Shown: positions 9,175 through 24,770 of the stretch, piece after piece
How the letters are laid out: every line of letters begins with the position of its first letter
Position numbering within the stretch: position 1 is the stretch's first letter
Assembly (NCBI GenBank): GCA_963662275.1
Contig: OY759316.1
Coordinates: 3,104,001-3,168,000 of the forward strand
Origin: Candidatus Cloacimonadales bacterium
GTDB lineage: Bacteria > Cloacimonadota > Cloacimonadia > Cloacimonadales > DAONDQ01
Reading direction: 5' to 3'
Length of the DNA stretch: 64,000 nucleotides
Translations under genes and position numbers: made by a program
Notes under the pieces: generated by a model
The model's input: the letters and a program-made list of their open reading frames with translations, nothing else
Told to the model about the DNA's origin: nothing
Databases searched by the model: none

Positions 9175-11286
9175 ATCGAGTAGGGTGATGCTGGCTAATT
9201 AATTCCAGCATCATCCCTCTCACAGAACCGTGCGTACGGGTCTCGTACACGGCTCCTGATAATCCTTGTAATTACTCGTAGTAATTAAATAAAACACTTG
9301 TCTGAAGTGATGTCAAATCAAACAACTTCATTTCTTCAAACCACTTGTTCGGCAAGGCAAAGCATAAGTGGAAGCTCTGAGCGTTACGCCATCTGGTCAT
9401 AGATAGTTTTGGGCATTCTCCCTTGAAGCCTTGTCTGCGCATTGCTTTATGGAATGCTTTCCAGCTCTTCCATTCACGCATCTTCTTCATTCGAAGCCTC
9501 CTTCGTATCCATTCCATCAGGCTCGCAAAGATGCTTTTACAACTCGCAACTTTGAAATAGTTACCCCATCCCCTTAGTACAGGATTCAGGCTTCCTATCG
9601 TCATGGATATTGGGATGCCACTGTTGCGGGGAGTAAGCTTACGTATCTTATCCTTGAAACGTTTCAAACGCTCCTTGTCGATGCAGACACGGCTTCCTTT
9701 GATGAAAAATCCCAGATAGCTGATTCCTGTTTCGACACTGCTGATATGAGTCTTTTCCAGATTGACTTGCAAGCGAAGTTCTTCAAGTATCGCTGTCGCT
9801 ATCCTTTGATATTGCTCTGCCTTTTTCCTGGTCGGAGCAAATATCAGGATGTCATCAGCATAACGTACTATCCTGATGTTCCGCTGTTTCATCCTCTGGT
9901 CAAACTCATCCAGATAGATATTCATCAATAAGGGTGAGATTACCCCACCTTGTGGACTGCCTATCTCAGTTGCTTTGAAATCCCCATCGACCATTACTCC
10001 TGATTTGAGAAAACTGCGGATTAACCTCAGGAGTGTTCCATCACTGATTTTCCTGTTCAGACTGCTCAATATCAGTTCGTGGTCTAAGGTGTCAAAACAT
10101 TTGGATAAGTCCATATTCACAGCATAACCCAAATTGTACGCTGTAAGAAAACGCTGAGCTTTCGCTACGGCATGTTGGCAAGACCGATGCGGTCTGTAGC
10201 CATAACTGGACGGATGGAAGTCAGGCTCAAATATCGGTTGTATGATATTCAGGATTGCCTGCTGCACTACCCTGTCTCTTACCGTTGGAATGCCTAGCGG
10301 TCTCATTTTGCCATTGGGTTTGGGTATCTCTAACCGCCTTACAGGTGATGGCTCGTAAGTACCTGCCATTAGTTCGTCGTGAAGTTGGTTGATGTTCACT
10401 GCCAGTTGTTCGTCAAAGTTTTCTATACTCTGCCCATCAATGCCTGATGCACCTTTATTTCGTTTTACCGAAGTGAAGGAAGCATATAGGTTGGGCAGGG
10501 AGTACACCTTGTCGATTAAGCTGTAGTATTTTCTCATGACATTTCCTGTCTCATTGTGATTCGTCTTGAGGTGTTCATCGATGATGATTGTCTCTTCATC
10601 AGGTTGTCCTGCCTTCTTTAGCATATAGCAATATGACAAAACTACGGCTTGTCAGCTTTCCCTGATTACTCAGTCTCGTGCGGTCGGGTTTGAAAGGAAG
10701 TTCGTCACCACTGTCAAACCGAGCCTCGAAGCATTTCAGCTTCTTCCTTCGTTTCTCACTTTTCATCGATTACTTTCCACATTTCAAATCATGCCTTCGG
10801 ATTATCTTCATCCCTTCGCATGAACTGTAGCCTTTTGAGATACAGAACTCAGCATTACCGTGAATGCTGTCCCTTTTGTTTTATCCTCCAGACTGTCACC
10901 AGCTTTCATAGGCAAAAGGTTAATCACTACTACGGAATCATCTGCCACCTGCTACCGCTTGGCTTCTCACTTGTCTTTCAACTTGATCGAAGCTACTACC
11001 TTAAGTAGACAATAACAGGCTTCCCCAGTTAAGTTTTCCTGCCTGAATATGAAGCCATCTGTCATAATCTGTAGAGTTATCCAGCTTTCGGGCTTTCCCA
11101 CTTTTAGAAAGGTTACCCACTCTACAAACCAACATCAGTTCACTTGCGCTATGTTCCATATTCCCTCTGCGTCTTACTTCAGACCCTGCCGTTGCCGGCA
11201 ACGCCCTTGACCTCGAGTTGACTTCCCGCTGATTAGGTGTCAGGACTTCTTCCAGTCCATCGGCGCAGAAAACATTCTGGGCAAAC
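9175..11286 (-). mobile_element. Group II intron, class IIC-like, full length
   Basis: 5' end GTTTGCCCAGAATG directly after the gdhA terminator. Domain V GAGCCGTGTACGAGACCCGTACGCACGGTTC, domain VI hairpin and CTACTCGAT 3' end. Encodes an RT/maturase. Confidence 0.9.
9272..10537 (-). CDS. ltrA: Group II intron reverse transcriptase/maturase, no endonuclease domain
   Basis: RPLGIPTVRDRVVQ, GSPQGGVISPLL, RYADD and maturase X domain (LRGWGNYF). Probable start MRKYYSLIDK. Confidence 0.95.
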   Translation of the reverse strand: MRKYYSLIDKVYSLPNLYASFTSVKRNKGASGIDGQSIENFDEQLAVNINQLHDELMAGTYEPSPVRRLEIPKPNGKMRPLGIPTVRDRVVQQAILNIIQPIFEPDFHPSSYGYRPHRSCQHAVAKAQRFLTAYNLGYAVNMDLSKCFDTLDHELILSSLNRKISDGTLLRLIRSFLKSGVMVDGDFKATEIGSPQGGVISPLLMNIYLDEFDQRMKQRNIRIVRYADDILIFAPTRKKAEQYQRIATAILEELRLQVNLEKTHISSVETGISYLGFFIKGSRVCIDKERLKRFKDKIRKLTPRNSGIPISMTIGSLNPVLRGWGNYFKVASCKSIFASLMEWIRRRLRMKKMREWKSWKAFHKAMRRQGFKGECPKLSMTRWRNAQSFHLCFALPNKWFEEMKLFDLTSLQTSVLFNYYE

Positions 11287-11287
11287 T

Positions 11288-11317
11288 AAAAACTGCCGAC
11301 TTATTCAGTCGGCAGTT
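11288..11317 (-). terminator. Rho-independent terminator of gdhA
   Basis: AACTGCCGAC-TGAATAA-GTCGGCAGTT followed by a T run on the minus strand. Confidence 0.85.
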
Positions 11318-11339
11318 GATATCAATTTGTGTTTATTTT

Positions 11340-12689
11340 TTAGACAAGACCTTGAGCAAGCATTGCATTTGCAACCTTCTTAAAACCGGCAATGTTAGCA
11401 CCATTCACGTAATTAACGAATGTACCAACTTTACCCTCACGTACACATTGCTCATGAATTTTGATCATGATGCTGTGGAGTTCTGCATCGACTCTTTCAG
11501 CGGGCCAGGAAGTGTGACCTGCGTTCTGAGACATTTCAAGTCCTGATGTTGCAACACCACCGGCGTTTGCAGCTTTGCCAGGACCATAGAGAATCTTCTT
11601 TTCGATGAATAATTCTACAGCTTTTGGTGTGGAAGGCATGTTAGCACCTTCAGATACACAGATAACACCATTAGCTAACAATTTCTTTGCATCTTTGTCA
11701 TCGAGCTCATTCTGCGTTGCACAAGGAAGAGCTACATCAGCCTTAACTCCCCAAGGGCGTTCACCTGGGAAGAATTTCACACCGTCTTTTGCATACTTTT
11801 CAGCGTATTCTTTAATACGACCACGTTTGTTATTCTTAAGGTCCATAAGAAATTCCCACTTTTCACCGGCAATACCTTTAGGATCAAGGATGTAACCTTC
11901 TGAGTCAGAAGCAGTGATAGCAATACCACCGAGTTGATTAATTTTCTGGATGGCATACTGTGATACGTTACCTGAACCGGAAACGAGAACTTTCAATCCC
12001 TTGAAACTCTTTTTCTTGGTTTTCAGCATTTCTTCAGCAAAATAAACACAGCCATAACCGGTAGCTTCCGGACGAATTAAGCTTCCGCCGTATGCAAGAC
12101 CTTTACCAGTTAAAACACCGGAGAATTCATTCTTGAGCTTTTTATACATACCAAACATGAAACCGATTTCACGTCCGCCAGTTCCAATATCACCTGCTGG
12201 AACGTCCATAATGGGTCCGATTATGCGACTTAATTCTAACATAAAGGATTGGATGAAACGCATAACTTCATTATCTGATTTGCCTTTCGGATCAAAATCA
12301 CTTCCACCTTTACCACCACCCATTGGGATAGTTGTAAGTGAATTCTTAAAGATCTGTTCAAATCCCAAAAACTTCAGGATTGATAAATTTACAGATGGGT
12401 GTAAGCGCAATCCACCTTTGTATGGTCCGATTGCGTTGTTGAATTGTACACGGTAACCGCGGTTGACTTGGATTTCACCTTTGTCATCCATCCATGGCAC
12501 GCGGAAAATCAGTGCGCGATCTGGTTCAACGATTCTTTCAAGAATGTTTGCTTTCACATAAGCGGGATTCGCAACATAGGCATCCCATACTGAGTCGACA
12601 ACTTCATTAACGGCTTGAATAAATTCAGGCTGATTTGGGTTACGTTCTGCAACTTTTTTTAAGAATTGGGATTTGGTCATTTTGGCCAT
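11340..12689 (-). CDS. gdhA: NADP-specific glutamate dehydrogenase
   Basis: GPYKGGLRLHPSVNLSILKFLGFEQIFKNSLT, GGGKGGSDF, DVPAGDIG, GKAANAGGV. Confidence 0.97.
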   Translation of the reverse strand: MAKMTKSQFLKKVAERNPNQPEFIQAVNEVVDSVWDAYVANPAYVKANILERIVEPDRALIFRVPWMDDKGEIQVNRGYRVQFNNAIGPYKGGLRLHPSVNLSILKFLGFEQIFKNSLTTIPMGGGKGGSDFDPKGKSDNEVMRFIQSFMLELSRIIGPIMDVPAGDIGTGGREIGFMFGMYKKLKNEFSGVLTGKGLAYGGSLIRPEATGYGCVYFAEEMLKTKKKSFKGLKVLVSGSGNVSQYAIQKINQLGGIAITASDSEGYILDPKGIAGEKWEFLMDLKNNKRGRIKEYAEKYAKDGVKFFPGERPWGVKADVALPCATQNELDDKDAKKLLANGVICVSEGANMPSTPKAVELFIEKKILYGPGKAANAGGVATSGLEMSQNAGHTSWPAERVDAELHSIMIKIHEQCVREGKVGTFVNYVNGANIAGFKKVANAMLAQGLV

Positions 12690-12814
12690 GTTATTACCTC
12701 CATTATTTGATAAATTCTTCGTTCTGTTTAAATTCTTATGTTTAAGTGTCAAGAATTTCTTTATACAATCTATAAAACTTCAATTGAATCTTAGACTGCT
12801 GCCAGATATTGATG

Positions 12815-13825
12815 CTAATGAACCAATGTCATCCAGCGCATAATCTCGAAAATCAATGCAGTTGTCAATGCTGCGGCGGGAATCGTGACGATCCAGGCGA
12901 AAATGATCTTCCCAACTGTATCCCAGTGAACTGCTGAAATGCGTTTTGATGCTCCTACACCCATAACGGAAGTGGAAATGGCATGCGTTGTACTGATCGG
13001 TGCACCAAAGAATGAAGCTGTTATAATGACGGAAGCTGCGGCAGTCTCAGCGGCAAAACCATGGATTGGTTCCATCCGGAATATACCGTGACCCATTGTT
13101 TTAATGATTCTCCAACCACCTGTCACGGTACCGATGAACATTGCACTTGCACTTGCAATCTTAACCCACAAGGGAATGGTCATATCAGAGACGTGATTAA
13201 AGGAATAAAGAGCTAGGGTTATTATACCCATCGTCTTTTGGGCATCATTCATCCCATGACTGGTTGCCATAAAACCTGAGGAAAATATCTGCATTATGCG
13301 AAATCTTTTATTACATTTATGGGGATTAGCATTTTGGAATATCCAGGCTATCAATACCATTAACAAATATCCACCGATAAAACCTGCTAAAGGTGACATA
13401 AAAAGAGGGATTACTATTTTATCGATGATATTATGCCAATTTAGAACAGCCCACCCCCGGTAATTGATCGTTGCGCCCATCAATCCCCCAATGAGTGCGT
13501 GCGAAGAAGAAGAAGGCAATCCAAGCCACCAGGTAATTAAATTCCAGCAGATAGCACCCAATAAAGCTGCCAGGACTATTTCCTGGCATCCTGTCACTAA
13601 ATCAGGATTTACAATTCCACTTCCAATCGTATGAGCTACCTTTGTTCCAACAAAGGCACCAACAAAATTGAGAACTGCTGCCATGCAAACGGCAACCAGG
13701 GGAGACATGACCTTAGTGGAGACTACTGTCGCAATGGCATTGGCTGAATCATGAATGCCATTCGTGATATCGAATATTAATGCGATTCCGATTATCAAAG
13801 CTAGTAAAAATTCAATATTAGGCAT
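12815..13825 (-). CDS. pit: Inorganic phosphate transporter (PiT family)
   Basis: NGIHDSANAIAT, PSSSSHALIGG, HGMNDAQKTMG, PISTTH. Confidence 0.95.
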   Translation of the reverse strand: MPNIEFLLALIIGIALIFDITNGIHDSANAIATVVSTKVMSPLVAVCMAAVLNFVGAFVGTKVAHTIGSGIVNPDLVTGCQEIVLAALLGAICWNLITWWLGLPSSSSHALIGGLMGATINYRGWAVLNWHNIIDKIVIPLFMSPLAGFIGGYLLMVLIAWIFQNANPHKCNKRFRIMQIFSSGFMATSHGMNDAQKTMGIITLALYSFNHVSDMTIPLWVKIASASAMFIGTVTGGWRIIKTMGHGIFRMEPIHGFAAETAAASVIITASFFGAPISTTHAISTSVMGVGASKRISAVHWDTVGKIIFAWIVTIPAAALTTALIFEIMRWMTLVH

Positions 13826-14447
13826 ATTTAAGAGAAATTCCTTCCAACATATTTGCCAAGTTTTCAGCACGAAGGACTGCTTTCTCTATACGATCATATA
13901 TCTGAGTCCAAGTGATGATTTCCACAATGGCATCTGTTTTCGTCAAATCGATCTGATAGATTTCAGTTAATGCCTGCAATAGAACGATATCGGATAGTTC
14001 TTTAAGTGTCTTTACCCTGCGTACATGTTCAGAAGCATCCTTCCTATTTAATGCAAGTTCTAATACATGATAAATTTCTTCGATCATGAAATTGAAGTTT
14101 GCGATCAATTCTTTTGAATGTTTGGTAAAAGTCGTTGAATTATGAAGACTCACGCGATTGGAAATCGTTTTAATCACATTGAGTAAAGCCTCTTGGGCAA
14201 CATTGATTTCATGGATATCTTCCCGATCCAAAGGTGTAATAAAAGTTAATGACAATTGACGGGTGATTTCACGAGAAATGCTATTTCCTTCAGCTTCTAT
14301 CAGTTGAATTTCTTTTACTTTATGGGGAATATCATCAGATGAAGTAAAAATCTCATTCAGTAATTTACATGCTTTCAGTATCTGTCTATTTTGCTGCATG
14401 AATAAATCACTAAACTTATAGGATTTAGGAAACAGGGAAAATTTCAT
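13818..14447 (-). CDS. DUF47 / Pit accessory protein
   Basis: FITPLDREDIH motif; overlaps the start of pit. Confidence 0.9.
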   Translation of the reverse strand: MKFSLFPKSYKFSDLFMQQNRQILKACKLLNEIFTSSDDIPHKVKEIQLIEAEGNSISREITRQLSLTFITPLDREDIHEINVAQEALLNVIKTISNRVSLHNSTTFTKHSKELIANFNFMIEEIYHVLELALNRKDASEHVRRVKTLKELSDIVLLQALTEIYQIDLTKTDAIVEIITWTQIYDRIEKAVLRAENLANMLEGISLKYA

Positions 14448-14853
14448 ATCTGACTCCTGTTTTGATTATCATGTAAATTCAAATTGTAATAGGTAAACTC
14501 CAGAATATTGCAAATCTGTCAACCAAAGAGTGCATAATAATTAAGAATTACGAATTAAGAATTACGAATTGGGTTCTAAACAAGCTTGTAGGTATATAAA
14601 AAAGAAATAAGAGGTACATGAAAAAAGAAAGAAAAATTGTTGAATTTAACTAATCATGTTTATTAAATGATCATCTTAGTAAATGCGGTTATCAATGTAT
14701 CTAAACCTATTTTTTGTATCGAGAAGTACAAAATCATTCGATGATATTTGTTCATTTCCGTTTTTTTCGTATATTTCGTGTGTTTCGTGGTTAAAATCTG
14801 TTCTTCTCTTCCGTTCGCACTTCGTACTTCGGACTTACAAAGAAAAGGGCGTA

Positions 14854-14971
<118 letters not shown>

Positions 14972-15039
14972 TACGCCCTTCATACTTGTTCAATATGCTG
15001 AGTTAGGTAAGACGATAAAGGAGCAAGTGTAAAAGTTTT

Positions 15040-18168
<3,129 letters not shown>

Positions 18169-18352
18169 ATATCGACTTCTACACTCGCTCCCACGTCTAT
18201 ACTACTTTTCAAAGATCGCTGGCTGATATATCGCTATATCCGCCTGTTTAAATTATCAAAAAATGGAGTGAAGTCAGCGCTTTGCGAATGAAATTCATTT
18301 GTATGGAAGTTGACCATTTGATCTTACATTTTCTATTGATCGTTTCCTTACA

Positions 18353-19906
<1,554 letters not shown>

Positions 19907-19957
19907 CTAAACTCATTATCTTCGCAAGTTGCTTCACTTTCACTCCACTTCTATGTT

Positions 19958-20043
19958 CATTTCAAAGATCGAAACAGGCTTCAACTTATCCGTCCCCGCC
20001 CATTTGGTTTTGCCAATCTGCTTATCCTCGTTTTCCTGTCAAG
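19958..20043 (-). promoter_or_regulatory. rrn promoter and boxA-like antiterminator
   Basis: TTGACA at ~20037-20042 with a CAGATT -10 candidate. CGATCTTTGAAA boxA-like motif at ~19960, repeated in the ITS at ~18207. Confidence 0.55.
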
Positions 20044-20493
20044 GATTTCGTATCATTTATTTTCTTTTTCGCTCTTAACAAGATGCTTTACGATAGGAAA
20101 CGTGATTATTCAGTTACAGTAAACATAATATATACAAGAAGTTAGAAACGCGCAACATATAAATCGAAATTGCATGAAAATTTCATACTTTTTTTACGGA
20201 AGCAAGTTCGAAGAAGCCTTATATATGCACGTTGGTGGTTTTAATAATCTTTTAGAGTTGCATATTAACATCGTTTTTTTTAAATATGTGCGGATATGAA
20301 AAATACATTCTGTATCTCGAAGTGATTACATATCATGGCTAAGATATAAACTTAAGGTAACGATCCCGCAAATCCTTCTGAATCTCTAAGATATGAAATC
20401 CGATAGCTTACGTGTAAACGTCAGGTTAAGGATTACCACGAAACAATATGAACCCCTACGAGGAGTGACATATCTCTTCATGTTACATTCAAA

Positions 20494-23466
20494 TCAATAT
20501 TTTATCCTCTCCATCCCATTTATCGATTCATACACCTGTTTCATCAAGGTCTTGCTGATGATCTTCCTGTAATCCTCATCATCAAAATACTTCTGCGCTA
20601 TCGTTTGGTTCTGGTCTAAACGATTGATGAACAGATCTTCCAACTGTTTGGCAAAGACAATCCCGAAGTTTTCCATCGAATTCACTATCGCTGCCTGTCG
20701 TAGCATTTCATTGGAGATAGCATCTTCTTTTAATGAATCGAAGAACAACTGATCACCAGGAGTAAAATTCGTACCAAACCTCTCATTCAGGATATCTATC
20801 AGTTCTGAAAGTTCTACAGTCTCATCTTTGATTCTTCCCGTACCTGTTTCCAATGGACCGGATACTTCTCCACCCTTCCCGGCTTCCAAAGGAATCATTC
20901 CATCCATGATCTTCTGGATGCGATAATACTTTAAAGCCACTTCTTCATCAAAATTATAGGAAGGTCCATCAGGATCACGAGGAAGTTTAGGAATCAGGAA
21001 GCGAACATAAGCGTACAACTTCTCTAAATCAGAATCCTGGAACGGTATGATTTGTGACATAAATGAATATAGGTTACGGAAGGCAGTCAGACTTTTTTTG
21101 AAATCATCCTGTTCTTCAGTTTCCAGATCCATGAAGCGTTCCACTGCTGTATCTAAGCAGCTATTCAACCTGGCATGGTCTTGAGGCGTATGTAACTTCA
21201 CAGGTTTGAAGTATGTCCTTGCAAATTCTTCAACCTCATCATGATATATGACCTGCACATGTTCGAGCTTGGCTTTCAGCTCATAAAGTCTATGCACATC
21301 GACTCTTTCACCGACATCCGTTCTCTCATAATATGGTTGAAAAGCCTTCGCTATTGCTTCGGCATCATTATAGAAATCAAGAATGAAGGTATCTTCCTTA
21401 CCCGAGTGGATTCGATTCAAGCGTGACAGGGTCTGTACCGCCTGGATTCCATCCAATCTTTTATCCACATACATCGTATGTAATAGAGGCTGGTCAAATC
21501 CAGTCTGGTATTTCTCTGCCACCAGCAATACCTGGTAATCATCAGAACCGAAATGTTCAGGCAATTCCTTTTCCTTCATACCATTATTCATACCGGATTC
21601 AGTATAAGTTAAGGAAGGAAAATCAGGGTCAATGACTTCACCTGAGAAAGCCACCAAGGTCTTGATATCGTCATAGCCTTTCTCATGCAGATACCTGTCA
21701 AATTCCAGCTTATACTTCACAGCATGCAATCGGGAGGAAGTAACTACCATTGCCTTTGCTTTACCACCGATCTTATTCTTGGTATGAGCACGGAAATGTT
21801 CGACAATCACTTCTATCTTTTGGGAAATATTAACTGGATGCAAACTCATGAACCTTGCCAGAGCTTTAGCAGCTTTGTGCTTATCCACTTCAGGATCATC
21901 TGCAATGGATTTGATAAGACCGAAATATGTTGCATATGTAGTGTAATTCTTTAGAACATCCAGTATGAATCCTTCTTCAATTGCCTGTCTCATGCTGTAA
22001 AGATGATAGCATACAGGTTTTCCATCTGTACCAGGAATACCGAATACTTCTAATGTCTTATATTTCGGTGTAGCAGTAAAGGCAAAGAAACTGATATTGG
22101 GCTGCTTTCCCCTGCTTGCCATAATGCGATTGATCTCATCTTCACTGTCTGAGACTTCTTCATTTTCATTACCTTTTGTGCCTAAAACTCCTTTCAAGTC
22201 AGTAGCTCTTTCTCCACTTTGGGAACTATGTGCTTCATCGATAATGACTGCATATTTCCTCATGGGCAAATCACCGACTTTCTCTGTCACAAAAGGAAAC
22301 TTCTGCAACGTTGTGATGATGATTGATACACCACTTTTCAAAGCATCTGCCAATTGTGTGGAATTCTCATCTATCTTCTGCACTACACCCTGTTTATGTT
22401 CAAACTGATAGATGGTATCCTGCAACTGCTGATCAAGTACCAATCTGTCTGTAACCACAATCACCGAATCGAATATCCTTTCATCGGCATCATTATGCAA
22501 ACTAGCTAAGCGATGTGTCAGCCAGGCAATGGTATTACTCTTACCGCTGCCTGCTGAATGCTGAACCAGGTAATTCTTCCCACAGCCCACTTTGTAGGCA
22601 TCGCTCAAAATCTTTCTTACACAATCCAGTTGATGATAACGTGGAAATATCAGTCTTTCTTTGCGAATTGTCCTTGTTTTCAAAGCCTTTTCTTCCACCT
22701 GCAAATGCAGGAAGCGGGCTAAAATCTCCATCAGGCTGTCTCTTTGGAATGACTCCTCCCACAAATAGGCAGTCTTATGACCAATAGGATTAGGCGGATT
22801 CCCCTTACCATTCTGATATCCTTTATTGAAAGGCAGGAAATGAGTCTCTTTCCCTGAAAGACGGGTCGTCATATATACTTCATCGGGATCAACAGCAAAA
22901 TGAGCAAGGGTACGCTTCTTGAACTGAAAAAGCAATTCATTTGGTTCTCTGTCATATTTGTATTGGTTAACCGCATTGACCCATGTCTGATGTGTGAGAT
23001 GATTCTTCAATTCCATGGTAATGATGGGAATACCGTTCAGACTGATGACCATATCCAGACTGTTATTGTTCTTCTCAGAATATACAAGCTGTCTTGTTAA
23101 TCCAAGAATATTGGCATTATATAGCTTCTGAATTTCGGGATTCAACCCGCTCACTGGGGCAAAGTATGCCATTCGTAAAGTACGACCATAGCATTTGAAC
23201 CCATGCCGAAGCACATACAGACAGCCCTCATGTTCGCTATTCAGAGCTTTGCATAGATCATCAATAACGATATTGGCTGTTCTTTCTTTATGCAGGTTTT
23301 CCAGGTATGTCCATTCTGGAGGCTGAGTGGTTTGAATGAATGAAATCACTTGCTCCGGGAATAACGCTTTTACTTTATCATAACTTTCCGGTGCAATACA
23401 AGTATAACCATGAGTAAGGAAATGCTCTTCAATGCAGGATTCAAAGACAATTTCTTTATAATTCAT
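20494..23466 (-). CDS. hsdR: Type I restriction endonuclease subunit R
   Basis: MELKN nuclease motif, QHSAGSGKS, IIDEAHSSQ, FTATPK, TGFDQP, QTLSRLNR. Confidence 0.96.
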   Translation of the reverse strand: MNYKEIVFESCIEEHFLTHGYTCIAPESYDKVKALFPEQVISFIQTTQPPEWTYLENLHKERTANIVIDDLCKALNSEHEGCLYVLRHGFKCYGRTLRMAYFAPVSGLNPEIQKLYNANILGLTRQLVYSEKNNNSLDMVISLNGIPIITMELKNHLTHQTWVNAVNQYKYDREPNELLFQFKKRTLAHFAVDPDEVYMTTRLSGKETHFLPFNKGYQNGKGNPPNPIGHKTAYLWEESFQRDSLMEILARFLHLQVEEKALKTRTIRKERLIFPRYHQLDCVRKILSDAYKVGCGKNYLVQHSAGSGKSNTIAWLTHRLASLHNDADERIFDSVIVVTDRLVLDQQLQDTIYQFEHKQGVVQKIDENSTQLADALKSGVSIIITTLQKFPFVTEKVGDLPMRKYAVIIDEAHSSQSGERATDLKGVLGTKGNENEEVSDSEDEINRIMASRGKQPNISFFAFTATPKYKTLEVFGIPGTDGKPVCYHLYSMRQAIEEGFILDVLKNYTTYATYFGLIKSIADDPEVDKHKAAKALARFMSLHPVNISQKIEVIVEHFRAHTKNKIGGKAKAMVVTSSRLHAVKYKLEFDRYLHEKGYDDIKTLVAFSGEVIDPDFPSLTYTESGMNNGMKEKELPEHFGSDDYQVLLVAEKYQTGFDQPLLHTMYVDKRLDGIQAVQTLSRLNRIHSGKEDTFILDFYNDAEAIAKAFQPYYERTDVGERVDVHRLYELKAKLEHVQVIYHDEVEEFARTYFKPVKLHTPQDHARLNSCLDTAVERFMDLETEEQDDFKKSLTAFRNLYSFMSQIIPFQDSDLEKLYAYVRFLIPKLPRDPDGPSYNFDEEVALKYYRIQKIMDGMIPLEAGKGGEVSGPLETGTGRIKDETVELSELIDILNERFGTNFTPGDQLFFDSLKEDAISNEMLRQAAIVNSMENFGIVFAKQLEDLFINRLDQNQTIAQKYFDDEDYRKIISKTLMKQVYESINGMERIKY

Positions 23467-23484
23467 CAAAATCCACCCCTATGA

Positions 23485-23583
23485 GTTTGTGTTGGCTATT
23501 CGAACCACAAAATAGTTTGTGGTTCGTAAAATGGCATTTCGTGCAACACAAGATGGTTTGTATCGCACAAATGCAACACAAAC
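23485..23583. repeat. Palindromic element, copy 1 (between fic stop and hsdR start)
   Basis: TATTCGAACCACAAAATAGTTTGTGGTTCG...ATGGCATTTC.TGCAACACAA, repeated at 24700-24770. Confidence 0.8.
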
Positions 23584-24684
23584 TTATTTAATAATGTCTA
23601 ACAATTCTGAAAAAACGTATATACCTGGTTTTCTTCCAGTCGATTTTCTAATTTCTTTCAAGAATTCGTATTTGTGTAATACATTCAGTATCTTATGAGT
23701 AGTATATTTAGGAGTATTCGCAATCTTCTGGAATTGGCTACTTGTGATATATGGATTCTTGAATAAAGCATCAATTGCTTGCGTTGAATAACTTGAATTA
23801 GCAATTTTGGGTAACTCTATCTTCATTTTCTCATAAAGGTTGAGTATCGCCTTAACTTTAATCGAATTCGATTCAGCTTGGTTATGTACAGCAATTAGGA
23901 AAAACTCTATCCATTCATCCCATTGCCCCTTTTCGGAAATACCCTTTAATCTTCTATAATATTCCTCACGATTGCTTTCAAAATATGAACTAAGGTAGAA
24001 CATAGGTTTTGATAAAAGACCTTTATTATAAAGAAAAAGAGGAATAAGAATTCTTCCAATTCTTCCATTTCCATCAAGGAAAGGATGAATGATTTCAAAT
24101 TGTGCTTTGACAACAGCCATTTGTACTAAAGTATCTTTTTCATCAGAGTGGATATACTTTTCCCAATTATCCAATGAATTCGTCATGATATCGGGAGATG
24201 GCGGAACATAAGTTGCGTTTTCAAGCTTAGCACCTTGAACACCGATATAGTTCTGAATCCTTCGAAACTCACCTGGAGCTTTGTTATTTCCTCTCACGCT
24301 ATCCAACAAAATTGCATGTATTTCTTTAATGACATTAAGAGTTAATGGGTGAGTATCAAGCCTATTAACCGCATATCCTATCGCTTTTGTATAATTATGA
24401 ATCTCTTGAATATCATTCTTTTGGGTAATAGAGATTGCAGGATCAGGACTAGCATCATATTCGAGAACTTCATCAAGAGTCGCAAGAGTGCCTTCAATCA
24501 TTGAAGAAAGTACTGCTTCTTGCGTCGTTAATGGAGATAATAGTAGATTTGGATTTACAATACTATGGAGTAACCCATCATATCGAGCCAAAGAAGCATT
24601 CGCTTTACCAATATTACTTACATGAGATATCCAATCAATTGAATCTAAAGGTAAACTATCAGGAATATACGGCTTCATGCTCAT
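23584..24684 (-). CDS. Fic family protein (Fic_N + Fic + C-terminal HTH-like)
   Basis: EAVLSSMIEGT and HPFLDGNGRIGR motifs. Confidence 0.93.
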   Translation of the reverse strand: MSMKPYIPDSLPLDSIDWISHVSNIGKANASLARYDGLLHSIVNPNLLLSPLTTQEAVLSSMIEGTLATLDEVLEYDASPDPAISITQKNDIQEIHNYTKAIGYAVNRLDTHPLTLNVIKEIHAILLDSVRGNNKAPGEFRRIQNYIGVQGAKLENATYVPPSPDIMTNSLDNWEKYIHSDEKDTLVQMAVVKAQFEIIHPFLDGNGRIGRILIPLFLYNKGLLSKPMFYLSSYFESNREEYYRRLKGISEKGQWDEWIEFFLIAVHNQAESNSIKVKAILNLYEKMKIELPKIANSSYSTQAIDALFKNPYITSSQFQKIANTPKYTTHKILNVLHKYEFLKEIRKSTGRKPGIYVFSELLDIIK

Positions 24685-24699
24685 CCTCCATCATAGCTT

Positions 24700-24770
24700 T
24701 TTTGTGTTGCATATTCGAACCACAAAATAGTTTGTGGTTCGAATAATGGCATTTCATGCAACACAAAATG
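24700..24770. repeat. Palindromic element, copy 2 (5' of fic)
   Basis: TTTGTGTTGCA-TATTCGAACCACAAAATAGTTTGTGGTTCGAATA-...-TGCAACACAAA. Confidence 0.8.

Noticed and set aside
9272..10639. RT as a CRISPR-associated RT, retron or DGR RT given its proximity to a type III array
   Set aside because: It has a maturase domain and sits in a complete group II intron with DV/DVI; no Cas1 fusion, msr/msd or TR/VR pair is visible. The ORF-track TTG start at 10639 is probably too far upstream.
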